Assembly (NCBI GenBank): GCA_964016885.1
Contig: OZ024743.1
Location: forward strand, 62,496,001-62,560,000
From: Eledone cirrhosa
Taxonomy: Eukaryota
DNA length: 64,000 nucleotides
Direction: 5' to 3'
The stretch's first letter is position 1; each line of letters starts with the position of its first letter. The notes beneath the pieces are model-generated. The model worked only from the letters and a program-made list of their open reading frames with translations. It had not been told where the DNA came from and made no database searches. This document shows, one piece after another, positions 28,205 to 41,086 of this stretch. The translations under genes were made by a program, and so were the position numbers.

Positions 28205-29316
28205 TCGGCTTCCTTATTTTCCAATGTAGGCGAGGTCCGGTCCCTTCCTAATAAGCCATGGTTAGCAGTTCCTCCAGGATTACTCTGTAGTGTGGTATCA
28301 GGGATGAGTAATGAAGTCTTAGTCGTGTTGGTCCCGTCGTTGATTCCTACTGATGTGTTACTGTCAGCGGTAACGTATTTCATTAGACTGGGTATAAACT
28401 TAATTCCTTCCTTGTAACCTGCATTACTAAGGGCATTATTATACTAGTTAGCTACGCTATTGAAGGTTTCCAGGCTAGCTGACAGAGAAGAAATCCTACG
28501 GGATACGCTATTAACTATGACTGACCCGGGATGGTTGGAGTTGGCATTTACGTACTTGAGGCACTCGTTCGGCTTGTGGTACGGGTAGTAGAAGCCGGAT
28601 TCTAGATTGAGGGTAACATCTAGGAAGTTGACTACCTTTCTATTATTTTCTATGTCTATGCTATGGCCTAGGTTTTTGAAAAATTTTATTAAGCTCTTTC
28701 TATTTATCATGCCGCTGCTGTGATCGAGTAGCGTAAACAACGCATCGTCGCGGTATATTCCACCGCCTAACGCTGGGATTTCGCTTTTCAGGTTCCTGAG
28801 GATGTAGAGGCCTACCAGGTCAGTAACCTGCGCCGAGTCGCTCGATCCCATCGTGATGTCGAAATTGTCCGGCCACTCTCCCCTAGTCCAGAGCTCACCG
28901 TTGAAACCTATCAGTGTCTTTCTGGCAGTATGAATGATATTAATTTCATTCCTGGTTAAATCAGTATGCCTGCGTGCAAACATAAATGCCTTGTTAAGTA
29001 CCACCGGCGATATCGATGGATAATAATTACATATATCTAGCTGTATAAAATGTGTCCTACCTTTGCACTGCAGGTCGTTAAACCACTCAATCACTTCCCG
29101 CGTTCTGGACCATTGCTGTAATTGGATCTTTTTTCTAAGGGTTGGTATGATTCTGTCCAGTATTTTCTTGCTAATAAACCCGATGTCAGACTTTGATGGT
29201 ACTATAAGCCTGACTGGGAGTTCTGTTCCGAAATTCGATTTGTGATCCTTCAGCAAGGTACGGAGTTCTTTGAGTTGGCAAGGTCCGGTCCTATCCGCAA
29301 TGCTGAGTTTATTCAC
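28205..29316 (-). pseudogene. Penelope-like reverse transcriptase (YRDD type), truncated
   Basis: ORF 28444-29316: LKDHK.NF, RLIVP.KSDIG, DI..YYPSI, FDITMGS.D.A, IYRDD, FLDVTLNL, SNHP. Confidence 0.92.
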
Positions 29317-30592
29317 TATTCTATTAGTCCGCTCGTTAATGTCGTCTTATCTGTTTGTTCCTGTTCCTATTTTGCTTCCCGTAACTCTATTCCATGGCCT
29401 AACAGCCCTTTTAATAGTATTGTTGCCACTGTAGTTGGGACTGAATGCTGTGATTTTTGCTAGCCCTGTGCCTTACAATGATAAAGAGGATTGTATTAAT
29501 TGGGAATGTATTTGTTTATATATAAGTATGTATATTTGTTTATATATATAAATACCCATCTATGTTTCTATCCCATTTTCACTTCCTTGTTTCAACGGAC
29601 TACTGTTGTGGTTAGTTTATTTTTCATGGAAGCGTGGCTTTTTCCTGTTGCCGCCGTCGCCGTGGTGGTGTCATCACTGGTGCTGCTGTTGCTGTTGGTG
29701 GTGGTGATGTTACCAATGGCTTAATACTGACATAGATGATACCGCCACTACTGCGACGAACGGGGTGGGTGATGGGAGGCGTTGGTGCTTGTTGCCGTTG
29801 CCATTGTTGTTGTTACTATTTATGGTCATGGTGATTGATACCACCAACTCTGTGTATCCAACTACCTCTGAACTCCTTTTTTATTGCTTTCGCGGTATCG
29901 CTGTTTATTGTCGACGGGGTGTTACCGTCACTGCGACGACTACGACCTGTATACACGACGCTGGTCTGTGTTTTTGCTGTTGTCGTTGAACGTGTTTTTC
30001 TGTAGCTGTTGCTTTAGTTGTTGTTGTCAATAGGGTGGTGGTATCACCACGACTATTGCGACTAGTGTGGACAACTTTGGTCGACGGTTTGATGTTATTG
30101 CTGTCGTTGTTATTGTAGTTGTTGTCTATAGGTGGTTGTCAACAAAATATATACCCCCCCCCCCCCCCCCCACACCTCAGAGCTCCATTTATTGCTTCAA
30201 CTGTCTACTGGGTTTTGGCTGCACACAGTTCTTCGTTCTTTTCGTCTTTTTTCGTTGATAGCTTTTTCTAACAAACACGACGACTGGCAAACCTTTCAAG
30301 GGACTCATATGTATGCTGGGCACACAGGCATTAGGACGTGTGTTTTCCTGCTAGTGACATATCAAATATATCGATTTTAATCTGAGGATACCGTTCTCAT
30401 AATCAACAGCAAATGTATGAAGGACATCTCGATTGCATGGAGAACCGTGGAAATAATTATTATGTTTAAACGATATATGTAACCTCAGCATCTTATTTTG
30501 TTATTTTATAAAATTCTCCATCGTAACTAAAACAACGATTGTTGAGAGCTTTCTCCTGCTTACTTCTGTTTTTACCAAAACAATCTTTTCCG

Positions 30593-30652
<60 letters not shown>

Positions 30653-31918
30653 AATGACGACACTGGCCACACTGTTCTGTGTGCGAGTGTCGTGTCATCA
30701 TCAGACAGCTTGTTACATAATAAGGTTGTTTCCGAGGCAATCCAAATTGAATCGACATGGGAACGGATGAAGTTCGTGCTTTTGGGTTTTTCATCCGTTC
30801 CCTTGTGAGTACCAATTCACCCCCACCGGTCTGCGCAAGCGCATGTCCGAAGGAAGTTGACCATTAGCACCGTAGATTTCAACGAAACTCGCTGTCAGTG
30901 GCCCACCTATGCCCTGCCAAAGTTTACTGCTACCCATCACTACTCTGGCAGTCAGCCGAAAGCCAGAGGGGATGGGGGGTGTTAGTTTTTATAGGTCATA
31001 ATACAACCTTTCACTAAGCGTTGACAGTAAGACTGACCATCAACTCATAAGGGAAAATAAACTTAATTCTAGGTACTATGGTTTTACATTGTAAGTTAAG
31101 AGTGAGAGTTGGAAATAAAAATTAAAATTAAAAGTTAAAATCCTAAATCAAATATCAGAGATTATAAATTTAACAATTAAAAATTCAAAAGTTCTAAATT
31201 CAAAAATTTTTTTCAAGTGATAATTCGGATTGAGTAAAAATATAGATTGAAGTGAGTAAATAATATGGAGAGAGATGTTTAAGTAATAAGTTCTGGGAGG
31301 GATTCTAGTGTTACAGTTACTCTATCCACATATTGAACGACAGTGCCGTACATTATAACGGAGGGCAAACCACATGGTTCAAGGCATTCGTCAATCTGTT
31401 ACACGGTCATAATTTCCATCACATGGAACAGAATAAAAAAAACAGACATAAAGTACACAAAAGAAAAGAAAAGAACAGAACCAATAGTGAATAAATGCAA
31501 AAACACAGAGTACATATATGTAAAATGATCCATATGATTGTCCATCTGTCCATGTATAGATTGAATTGAGGGGGCTTCTGTTCAAATGCGATTTGGTGCA
31601 GGAAAATAGTGGTTTATCTTATTTTTTGTTTCCACGTATTTATCCTGCCGAAAGTTACTATTACGCCCGTCTAGTGTCAGGGGTTTTCATCCCCATGGTA
31701 GAGGGAATTTCCGGGGTAGCTCTTGGTTGGTTCCTCTCTTCTCCACCATATCGGTTACATCATAGAGCGCTCAACTAATCGGAGCTAAATTATTAGGGTA
31801 AACATTGATGCAATTCAATCAAGCACTCAACGTACTTTTTCCACATAGGAGTGACGGAGTAAATATCGAATAAGGTAAAGCGAAGTAGTTTCAGATGTTC
31901 AAGTCCTTTAATAATAAT

Positions 31919-31992
31919 GCTGTGATATATATTTCAATGACGACACTGGCCACACTGTTCTGTGTGCGAGTGTCGTGTCATCATCAGACAGC
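31919..31992 (-). ncRNA. Type I hammerhead ribozyme
   Basis: GCTGT-CTGATGA-tgacACGACACT...AGTGTCGTcatt-GAAA-TATATA-TC-ACAGC. Confidence 0.78.
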
Positions 31993-32858
31993 TTGTTACA
32001 TAATAAGGTTGTTTCCGAGGCAATCCAAATTGAATCGACATGGGAACGGATGAAGTTCGTGCTTTTGGGTTTTTCATCCGTTCCCTTGTGAGTACCAATT
32101 CACCCCCACCGGTCTGCGCAAGCGCATGTCCGAAGGAAGTTGACCATTAGCACCGTAGATTTCAACGAAATTCGCTGTCAGTGGCCCACCTATGCCCTGC
32201 CAAAGTTTACTGCTACCCATCACTACTCTGGCAGTCAGCCGAAAGCCAGAGGGGATGGGGGGTGTTAGTTTTTATAGGTCATAATACTACCTTTCACTAA
32301 GCGTTGACAGTAAGACTGACCATCAACTCATAAAGGAAAATAAACTTAATTCTAGGTACTATGGTTTTACATTGTAAGTTAAGAGTGAGAGTTGGAAATA
32401 AAAATTAAAAGTTAAAATCCTAAATCAAATATCAGAGATTATAAATTTAACAATTAAAAATTCAAAAATTCTAAATTCAAAAATTTTTTTCAAGTGATAA
32501 TTCGGATTGAGTAAAAATATAGATTGAAGTGAGTAAATAATATGGAGAGAGATGTTTAAGTAATAAGTTCTGGGAGGGATTCTAGTGTTACAGTTACTCT
32601 ATCCACATATTGAACGACAGTGCCGTACATTATAACGGAGGGCAAACCACATGGTTCAAGGCATTCGTCAATCTGTTACACGGTCATAATTTCCATCACA
32701 CGGAACAGAATAAAAAAACAGACATAAAGTACACAAAAGAAAAGAAAAGAACAGAACCAATAGTGAATAAATGCAAAAACACAGAGTACATATATGTAAA
32801 ATGATCCATATGTCGATTCAATTTGGATTGCCTCGGAAACAACCTTATTATGTAACAA

Positions 32859-32932
32859 GCTGTCTGATGATGACACGACACTCGCACACAGAACAGTGTG
32901 GCCAGTGTCGTCATTGAAATATATATCACAGC
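32859..32932 (+). ncRNA. Type I hammerhead ribozyme (inverted copy of 31919-31992)
   Basis: Identical motif on the plus strand; predicted cleavage after AUC at 32927. Confidence 0.78.
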
Positions 32933-33055
32933 ATTATTATTAAAGGACTTGAACATCTGAAACTACTTCGCTTTTCCTTATTCGATATTTACTCCGTCAC
33001 TCCTATGTGGAAAAAGTACGTTGAGTGCTTGAATTGAATTGCATCAATATTTACC

Positions 33056-33092
<37 letters not shown>

Positions 33093-33716
33093 CGAACGAA
33101 ATATGGTAAGGAACCAGGTGGACCATAACGCACCAAAGTACTTAATACTTAGGGTAGTAGAAGATCGACTATTCAAATACCAGGATAAATTTTTATTTAG
33201 TCCAGAATTAGCCGTCGAAACGGCTTGAGCTCAGCCGTCGGGGTCCCACTCGTTCCTATATATATATATAAATTAATATGTATGTGATGAAACACAGATA
33301 CCAACACATCTGTATATATATTGCAAAAGAAAAATTTAGCCAGATTGAAGTATACTAATTATTATACTACAGTTTGTCCATATCGATTTAAAATAATAAA
33401 TCAACGAAGACGAACTGTATTGCCAAGAGGCCGTGATGTTTAGACACATTTAAATTTCAAAATCAAACCTGTTCCGTAGATAAGTTTAAACTTTAAGATC
33501 CAAATATGTTTCGAGTTAAATAAGTGTAGGAATATCATGTCCTGCTCTCCTCAGTAAACATCCAGAGACAAATTGATATGCTTCACTTCTAAATAATTTA
33601 AAAGACTGCGTGACGCACATGGTTTTACAGTATCTAACTAGTCTCATAACCGTACTGCTAGAAATAACAGTCGTATATATGAGGCGGCTTGCAGCTCAAA
33701 CTAGGAGCAGTTAAAA

Positions 33717-33876
33717 TTAATAAGGTAATGAATTCTTTTACAATGGAATCAGCTCGAAGGAGGAAAATACCCCCTGAGCAGTGTATAAATTAATATGTAT
33801 ATATTAATTTATACACTGCTCAGGGGGTATTTTCCTCCTTCGAGCTGATTCCATTGTAAAAGAATTCATTACCTTA

Positions 33877-33880
<4 letters not shown>
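33717..33880. repeat. Near-perfect 164-bp palindrome abutting (TA)n
   Basis: TTAATAAGGTAATG...CATTACCTTATTAA, with the centre at an ATATGTATATAT tract. Confidence 0.93.
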
Positions 33881-33952
<72 letters not shown>

Positions 33953-34162
33953 CTTTAAGTCGTTTGGAAGCCTCGACAATGCAAATGGGTAAATCTCCGG
34001 GTAACAAGGTCCGGTGGTGGAGAGAGAGATGTAAGTGGGTGTACGTTGAGATGCGTGGTGTGTATAAGATGTGTGAGATGTGTAGAATGAAGGGAAGAGT
34101 ATAAAGGTTAAAAATAAAAATAACAACACAAGAGAGAGTTACCTTGGGAGAGATTTAATAGT

Positions 34163-34198
34163 CCCTATATATTTCGGATTCACATCCATCAACTGGGG
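34163..34198 (-). ncRNA. Degenerate hammerhead downstream of the 34.6-kb PLE
   Basis: CCC-CAGTTGA-tGGATgtgaATCC-GAAA-TATA-TA-GGG, with two substitutions in the CUGAUGA box. Confidence 0.5.
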
Positions 34199-34616
34199 TT
34201 TTTTTCCGGGGTGGGGGAAAAGGTTGTCTGTCGGACAACTCGGAACTTGTCTTTCGCTGTTTGTTGATTTGAATATCTGAGGTATTCGACAGAGCGCGCG
34301 TGCGCGTGAAATGGGGTCGGTCGTACAGAAGTCAGCGGCCGAATGAGGGAGTGGGATGGCGCTAGCTGTCAGTCCATTCTCTGCCTGTTTGTTAAATGTT
34401 ACTGTGTGTGTGTGTGCGTGTGTTGTTGTCTCGCTTGAGTGTGTGTGTGTGTGTGTGTGTGTGTTGTTGCCTTGTTCATCTGTATTGGCAGTGTAGTATG
34501 TTCGTATGGTGGAATGCTACTGTGTGTGTGTGCGTGTGTGTGTGTAGTTGTCTCGTTTGCGTGTGTGTGTGTGTGTGTGTGTGCGTGTGTTGTGTGTTGT
34601 TGCATCGCTTGTTAAC

Positions 34617-35536
34617 TTAAACCAGCCATTTCATTTCGCTTCTCTCTGATCGGTTGTTTATTTGCGGTTGCAGTCGTTTGATAAAAAGCGCTTCCTTGAT
34701 ACGTAACGTGCCGACGTTTCTTTCAGTCGCTAGAATTGTGACAATAGGCCTTCCGTCTTTGTTTCCGCATTTGTCTATGTGTTTCAGGAAAGACGAGGCC
34801 CTGGTTTTAGTGTGTTCCTTGATCCGGATGTGCAAAGGTCGAATTGTGCTACCTATGTAGTATTGGTTGCACCTGTCACATTCTATCTTATACACGACGT
34901 ATGTGCGTAGGCAACAGTTAGCATGGCGTATCGGGCAGTCTCTGAGGGAGCATGCGTCAGTAGATTTTTCGGGTTTCCTGGAGAGGCATCTTCGCAGGGA
35001 GGGGCCCGAGTGGGCCAGGTGGATGTCGAGCCCCCCCCCCCCTCCGTATAGCCTTGCGGATAGCGTTGGTGGTTTTCTCGCCCAAGTGTGGCAGTTTAAG
35101 GAAGCACTTGCCTTGGGTGCTTCTCTGTCTCTTGCGTCTGATGTCTCCTATTCTGTCTGTGATCGAGGTAGGGTACCCGTTCGTCTCCAGCACCTCGAGG
35201 AATCGCTTGGTATGAGTGACACCACTCGCGGGATCGCTGCATCTGTTTTTGATTCGCGCGATCTCGTTCGTGATGTATCCTCTTTTGGCACTGTTAGGGA
35301 GGGCGGACTTGTAGTGAACGAATAGGTTCCTGCAGGCTGCCTTTCTGTAGAAGTTGCAGTGGATCCCTCCTTGTTCCGTGATGTTGATTCGGAAGTCGAG
35401 GAGGGCAAGTGACCCGTCTTCGTTGGGGTGTTCCACACTGAAGTCAATGCTCTCGTCCGTGTTGTTGAACGTCTCATAGATTCTGTTCGCCGTGTCTTGG
35501 GAAGATGTGAGGATGAGGATATCGTCCACGTATCTT
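34617..35536 (-). pseudogene. Penelope-like element RT C-terminal half (YVDD) plus GIY-YIG, frameshifted
   Basis: RYVDDI...LALLD..I...FYRK (ORF 34957-35574) and VVYKIECDRC..YYIGST.RPL..RIKEH...KEALFI....PQIN (34617-34895). Confidence 0.92.
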
Positions 35537-35965
35537 GAGAAAAAAAAAAAATATATTATCATCATCATCATCATTTTATATCCCCTTTTCTCTGCTTATA
35601 TATATATATATACATATATCATATATGGAAAAAGCAAACAAGTTAAGAAAAAAATCTTTACCTACTCACAGTTCATTAGGAACATAACGGTATTCCGAAT
35701 GGAATACTGTGAGAAATCCTAAATCATCAGGAGAGTTTCTCAGTCCAGAAATAAAATTCAAGAGAGGAATTCCCAACCTTTCGCTGTCAGTGAAAATTTC
35801 AAAAGAAAGAATTATCACGTGACAATGACCAGCAGGAGGGTAGCATAGTGGACAATGGGAACGTGCTACTAGAAAGTAGTTCGATTCTGCCACATTATTA
35901 CTCTACCAAAGAAAATGTATTATATATTAAATGAAGAGGTGTATATATCTCTATACAAGTATAGA

Positions 35966-36032
35966 TACATACATACATACATACATACATACATACATAC
36001 ATACATACATACATACATACATACATACATAC
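35966..36032. repeat. (CATA)n microsatellite
   Basis: Direct reading. Confidence 0.95.
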
Positions 36033-36657
36033 AGGGTGTCCAACTTATACTGAGTTTGGTTCTATGAGATAGTTAATAAAATTACCTCTGGACCAGGTCA
36101 CACCCTTTTCCATCAAATGACGTATTTTGGAAAGATCTACCACCTACATAAATGGGTCGAAATTGTGTCGCCGTTGTAATTCCGAGAAATGGTGGATTGT
36201 CTCACAATTCGCTTCGAATAAGCACTGCCTCAACACATGGCTCGATTGCTTTGGTGGTTGTCTCCATGTGAAGAAATATATTTTAGATAAATGGCTTAGT
36301 CCTGACTAACAGGTCCAGAGGTATCTTTCGATTTACAGGCTATATTGTAATTCAGTGAAATTGGATCTTTGGGTCAACTAGAAGAAATTATTGTGTTTCT
36401 ATTTTCATTATAAATTGACTGTGATCTTTCAAGAGTTACTTCCCTTGTATTTTACCCTTTTTTTTTAAATAGGCCCTTTTTCTATACCTTTTTTTTTTAA
36501 ATTACCTACCCCTGCGTAAACTTTTTTGTTATATTCCCATAGGGAAAGCACAATCAACCATAGGCAGCTATCTTTGTTTCTATTTTTCTCAAGACAGGCT
36601 GAATGGATTGGGGCCCAGAACCCAACGAAACTTGAATACCTGTTTATGTCACTGTTG

Positions 36658-36704
<47 letters not shown>

Positions 36705-36756
36705 GAAAAGAAACAGGAAGTTTCGTTTAAATATGAAAAATATTTATTGCGTATCG

Positions 36757-36848
36757 ACCTGTTACGCGCATTTCACAGAGGATTGGCTCAATGTGACCCA
36801 TAGGTATTATGGACCCAACTCTAACATTGATCTGCTCCTCAGACTGGT
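36757..36848 (-). ncRNA. Type I hammerhead ribozyme with extended stem II
   Basis: ACCAGT-CTGAGGA-GCAGA...TCTGT-GAAA-TGCGCG-TA-ACAGGT; one mismatch in stem I. Confidence 0.62.
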
Positions 36849-37247
36849 GATGCGACAAAAGATATATTTTTGTTGTGGTATGTGGACTGAGAATGTATAT
36901 ATATATATATAAGCATTGGCCCTATTTTTTTATTTTTTGTGCGTGGGTGTATGTGTATATGCTGGTGTCATTTGTGAGGCGGTAAGGCGGGTGTATATTC
37001 ACCGGTATTCATGTGCGTATTTACGTCAAAAACTTGTCTTGGTGTAAACAAGAAGCAGGGGGTGTGTATGTGTGCGCGTTTTGGGATGTGTATTGGTCAG
37101 TCAAAGACTTGCTTTGGTGTAAACAGGAGCAGGGGTTTGTAGGGTGTGCCATGCATGGACGACCAGGTGGTAGTTTATCGTGTCGGTAAAGACATTTCAT
37201 GTTTTTGTCAAAGAATTAAAAAAAGGGGGTTGTGGATAATATTGATA

Positions 37248-38525
37248 CATCATCATCATCATCATCATCATTTTGCGTCTGCTTTTCCCTGCTTGCAAGG
37301 GTGGGACGGGTCCTATTCAGCACAGCATCTCTCCACTTGTCACGGTCCTTTGTCATCTCCACCATGAGCTTCAGCGATCTGAGGTCTGCTCTCACCACCT
37401 CCGTCCATGTTTTTCGTGGTCTTCCTCTACCACGTCTTCCTTCAACTGGCATGTCTTGGCACTTCTTCACCCATCGGTCATTCTCCATGCGCATCACATG
37501 TCCATACCATCGCAGTCTCCTCTCCCGCACGCAACAATTTATCCCTCTTATAACCAGTTTTTCTCTCAACACATCCATGCTCGGCCGTTCATTGACATTG
37601 CACATCCAACGGAGCACGCTTGCCTCATTTCTCTCCAGCCGTCGCATATCCTCTGCAGTTGCTGCCCAAGTCTCACTACCATGCAACATCGCGCACCTCA
37701 CACAGGCATCATATAACCGGCCTTTCGTACGCAGGGAGAAACTCTTCTTCGTCAGCAGAGGAAACAGCTCCCTAAACTTCTTCCAACCCGTCTTTATTTT
37801 AGATACTATGGCCTCGGAACACCCCCTGTCATGCTAATCTGATCACCTAGGTACCGGAAGCTATCAACCACTTCTATAGCACCCACCTGTATTTGAAAAA
37901 TGTGTCTATCAATGCGACTTCTTCTGTCAAATTTCCCTGTACATCTACTGCATACGTATTTCTCCCTACCTGTTAGTTTGCCTGCTATCCCATTACATCT
38001 TTTGTGCACCCAAGATCTGCATTGTGTACATTTTATAGACTTTATGCCAGTTCCTTTTCTGCATATCGAACATGGCCATTTCCCTGACGGAATCAGAGTT
38101 TTGTCCTCTTTTCTACTCATCAACACTTTTGTCTTAGCTAGGTCACTCTCAGTCCTTTTGATTCCAACTGCTGTTTCCATAGCCAGAATCTATTCTCCAG
38201 CTCCTCTGCTGATTCTGCTATAAGAACCAGATCGTCAGCATAGAGAAGTTCCCATGGACAGCCAGTCTTAAATTCCTCTGTTATGACTTGGAGGATTATA
38301 ATGAACAAGAGCGGGCTGAGGACCGAACCCTGATGTACTCCTACTTGTATCTGGAATTCGCTCACTAAACTCCATTCCTACTGTGACTTTACTGACAGCA
38401 CCTCTGTACAAAGCTTGCACTGTCCTCACAAGCCATTCCTCAACACCCAGCTTCCTTAGGGACCACCAGATGACAGATCGGGGTACTGTATCAAAGTCCT
38501 TCTCTAGGTCAACAAAAGCTAAGTA
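37248..38525 (-). mobile_element. 5'-truncated RTE LINE (second subfamily) with intact C4HC3 motif and (GAT)n tail
   Basis: AFVDLEK, GVHQGS, LLYADD, WPCSICRK..CTQC..WVHKRC..CSRC, LHGSETW, RRLRWYGH and GRPRKTW motifs. Confidence 0.93.
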
Positions 38526-38635
38526 TATATATATACACACGTGTACATTCACATGCCTATGTGAGCACCTATATATACACGTATAAACAGACATACATAT
38601 GCCTATATATGTGTGTGTTCCCCCACATACTCCCA

Positions 38636-39236
<601 letters not shown>

Positions 39237-39294
39237 CGTGTGTATGCGTGTGTGCGCGCGCGCGTGTGTGTGTGTGTGTTTGTTTGTTTGTGTG

Positions 39295-41086
39295 TGTGGC
39301 GAAATCTGTCCACACCTTGGCCCCTGGGTGACATTTAATGGTCATTTTCTGTGAGTGGATGACAGAGAAAGCAACAGATATAAATAGCCTGTCAACAAAC
39401 GAATCAACACCACAATAAAATCAACTCGCCACCTCAACCAAACAAATAATCGCTATAATTGGTGACATCCCGACGTGATTCGAACACGCTGCTTTCTGAA
39501 CAATCGCTAATTACCAAACTTCTCATCTATATTATGAAACTTCACTTCTTCAAATTATTTACCAAACTTCGATTCTACGGAATATTTACTGTGACTTCGC
39601 TTCGATTCACGACCAAACATTTTACAACGAACTTGCTATACGCTCAAGAAATTGCTTCATCTTCTTCAACAACAGACAACACTACTAGCTTCCTAGCAAG
39701 AAACGATAACATTCTTATACCAAAGATATTTTTAAAAAAGAACACTGACACACAAAAAAAAGAAAAACTGAACTTTTTGTTGTTTAGATCAATTATCTCT
39801 TTTTTTTAAAGATTGTATATGAACGTTGTTTTTACTGTATTATATGCCTGCATGCACATACACGATTTACATCAAACACTTACACATCATTCCTCTTTAC
39901 ACACAAACATTTTGTTTCTTCTTTACGTATCCATAATGTATGTAATTGATTCGTGTGGGGATTCTGCGAGATCACTTTTCACCTGGTTGAGGTAGGGAAA
40001 CAGCAATTGACACATGAAATTCACCCCCACCCTGGAACTCAACCCGCCTGGACACACTCAGGCATGTAACTCAAAATTGCATCTACTCATGTCATAGCCT
40101 AAACCTCAATCCAGTTCACGACTGCCCCGACTCATTGGGGAGCACAATACCAATTATACATCGAGAGAATCAGTCCTCTGTATACACAATTCTACGATCG
40201 CAACCTTGCACATCAAGCCATACACACCAGTTTAGAATACATTAGTTGATCACAACTCGGTATATTTACAGCTTCTTTTGAATGTTACACATGCATACAT
40301 ATTTACACGATTTTTTTGAGGTTTTTTTGTCCCAAAATTTCTCTGCACACTGAATGCGGGAACAGTGCCCTCGATTTATGTGTTTTGGGACACACTCCTG
40401 TGATCAAATTTCACTCATCCCTTTTGTAATCGATCGATGTTCCAGCATCGATCTGGGTGGGGAACTAATGTAGCGAAATCTGTCCACCCCTTGACATTTA
40501 ACTGTCATTTTCTGGGTTATCTCCTTTCGGGCATAAACAAGTCTGAGAGTGGACGACTAGGGGACAGAGGAAGCGACAGATATAAATAACCTGTCTTAGA
40601 TCAAGCAGAAAGCAGTTCTTGATAGAGTATACATGTAAAACATTTGCTTTCTACAGACCCTTTTGGGGTCTTACAGACTCTTACTCTCTCACTTTCACTC
40701 AATCTCTATCTCTTGGTCACTTTCTTAACCAAACCAGTGAAGTTCATGAAGTTTTCTCGGTAAATAAAGTTTAATTCTACTTTTACAAACAAACAAATAA
40801 TGTACATAATCCCTGTGTATTTTTAGTATAACTCTGGCGTGAGCTATTTCCAATAAATTAATAATATAGCGGTTTGGTGTCATTGTGATTCATTTATATA
40901 TATTTATTTTCTGCGTGATCAAGGAACTGTCATAGCATCTTATTGAACACTTACTCAATCACCTGCACACATGCAACCTCTGGTCACACTGTAGCACACA
41001 ACAATGACCACACAACACAGGAAGCTACAAGTGAGCATACACGCAACAAACGAATCAACACCACAATACAATCAACTCACCACCTC
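39295..41086 (+). mobile_element. Non-autonomous LTR retrotransposon: internally deleted 5' LTR 39295-39457, PBS, ~1-kb non-coding interior, PPT, and 3' LTR 40469-41086 cut by an RTE fragment
   Basis: Both LTRs start TGT(G/A)GCGAAATCTGTCCAC and share AACAAACGAATCAACACCACAAT...CACCTC. The 5' LTR ends TCGCTATA (inverse of TGTAGCGA). A purine-rich GGGTGGGGAACTAA precedes 40469. Confidence 0.8.
39460..39499 (+). promoter_or_regulatory. Primer-binding site complementary to the tRNA-Trp 3' end
   Basis: TGGTGAC(AT)CCCGACGTGATTCGAACACGC lies 2 nt after the LTR. It is the reverse complement of eukaryotic tRNA-Trp ...GCGTGTTCRAATCACGTCGGGGTCACCA (recalled from memory). Confidence 0.8.

Larger units (their letters stand above)
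30653..33059. mobile_element. Non-coding HHR-bearing element: ~1283-bp-period tandem repeat plus terminal inversion, flanked by (TA)n
   Basis: 30653-31535 matches 31936-32812. 32812-33059 is the reverse complement of ~31793-32040. Confidence 0.85.

Noticed and set aside
29600-30140. Hydrophobic ORFs resembling membrane proteins
   Set aside because: Low-complexity (GTT/GGT/GCT)n sequence with no consistent frame or motif.
33498-33559. Possible minus-strand hammerhead CTGAGGA-gag...ctc-GAAA-CATA-TT
   Set aside because: Stem I is mostly G-U pairs and stem III is unpaired; too weak to call.
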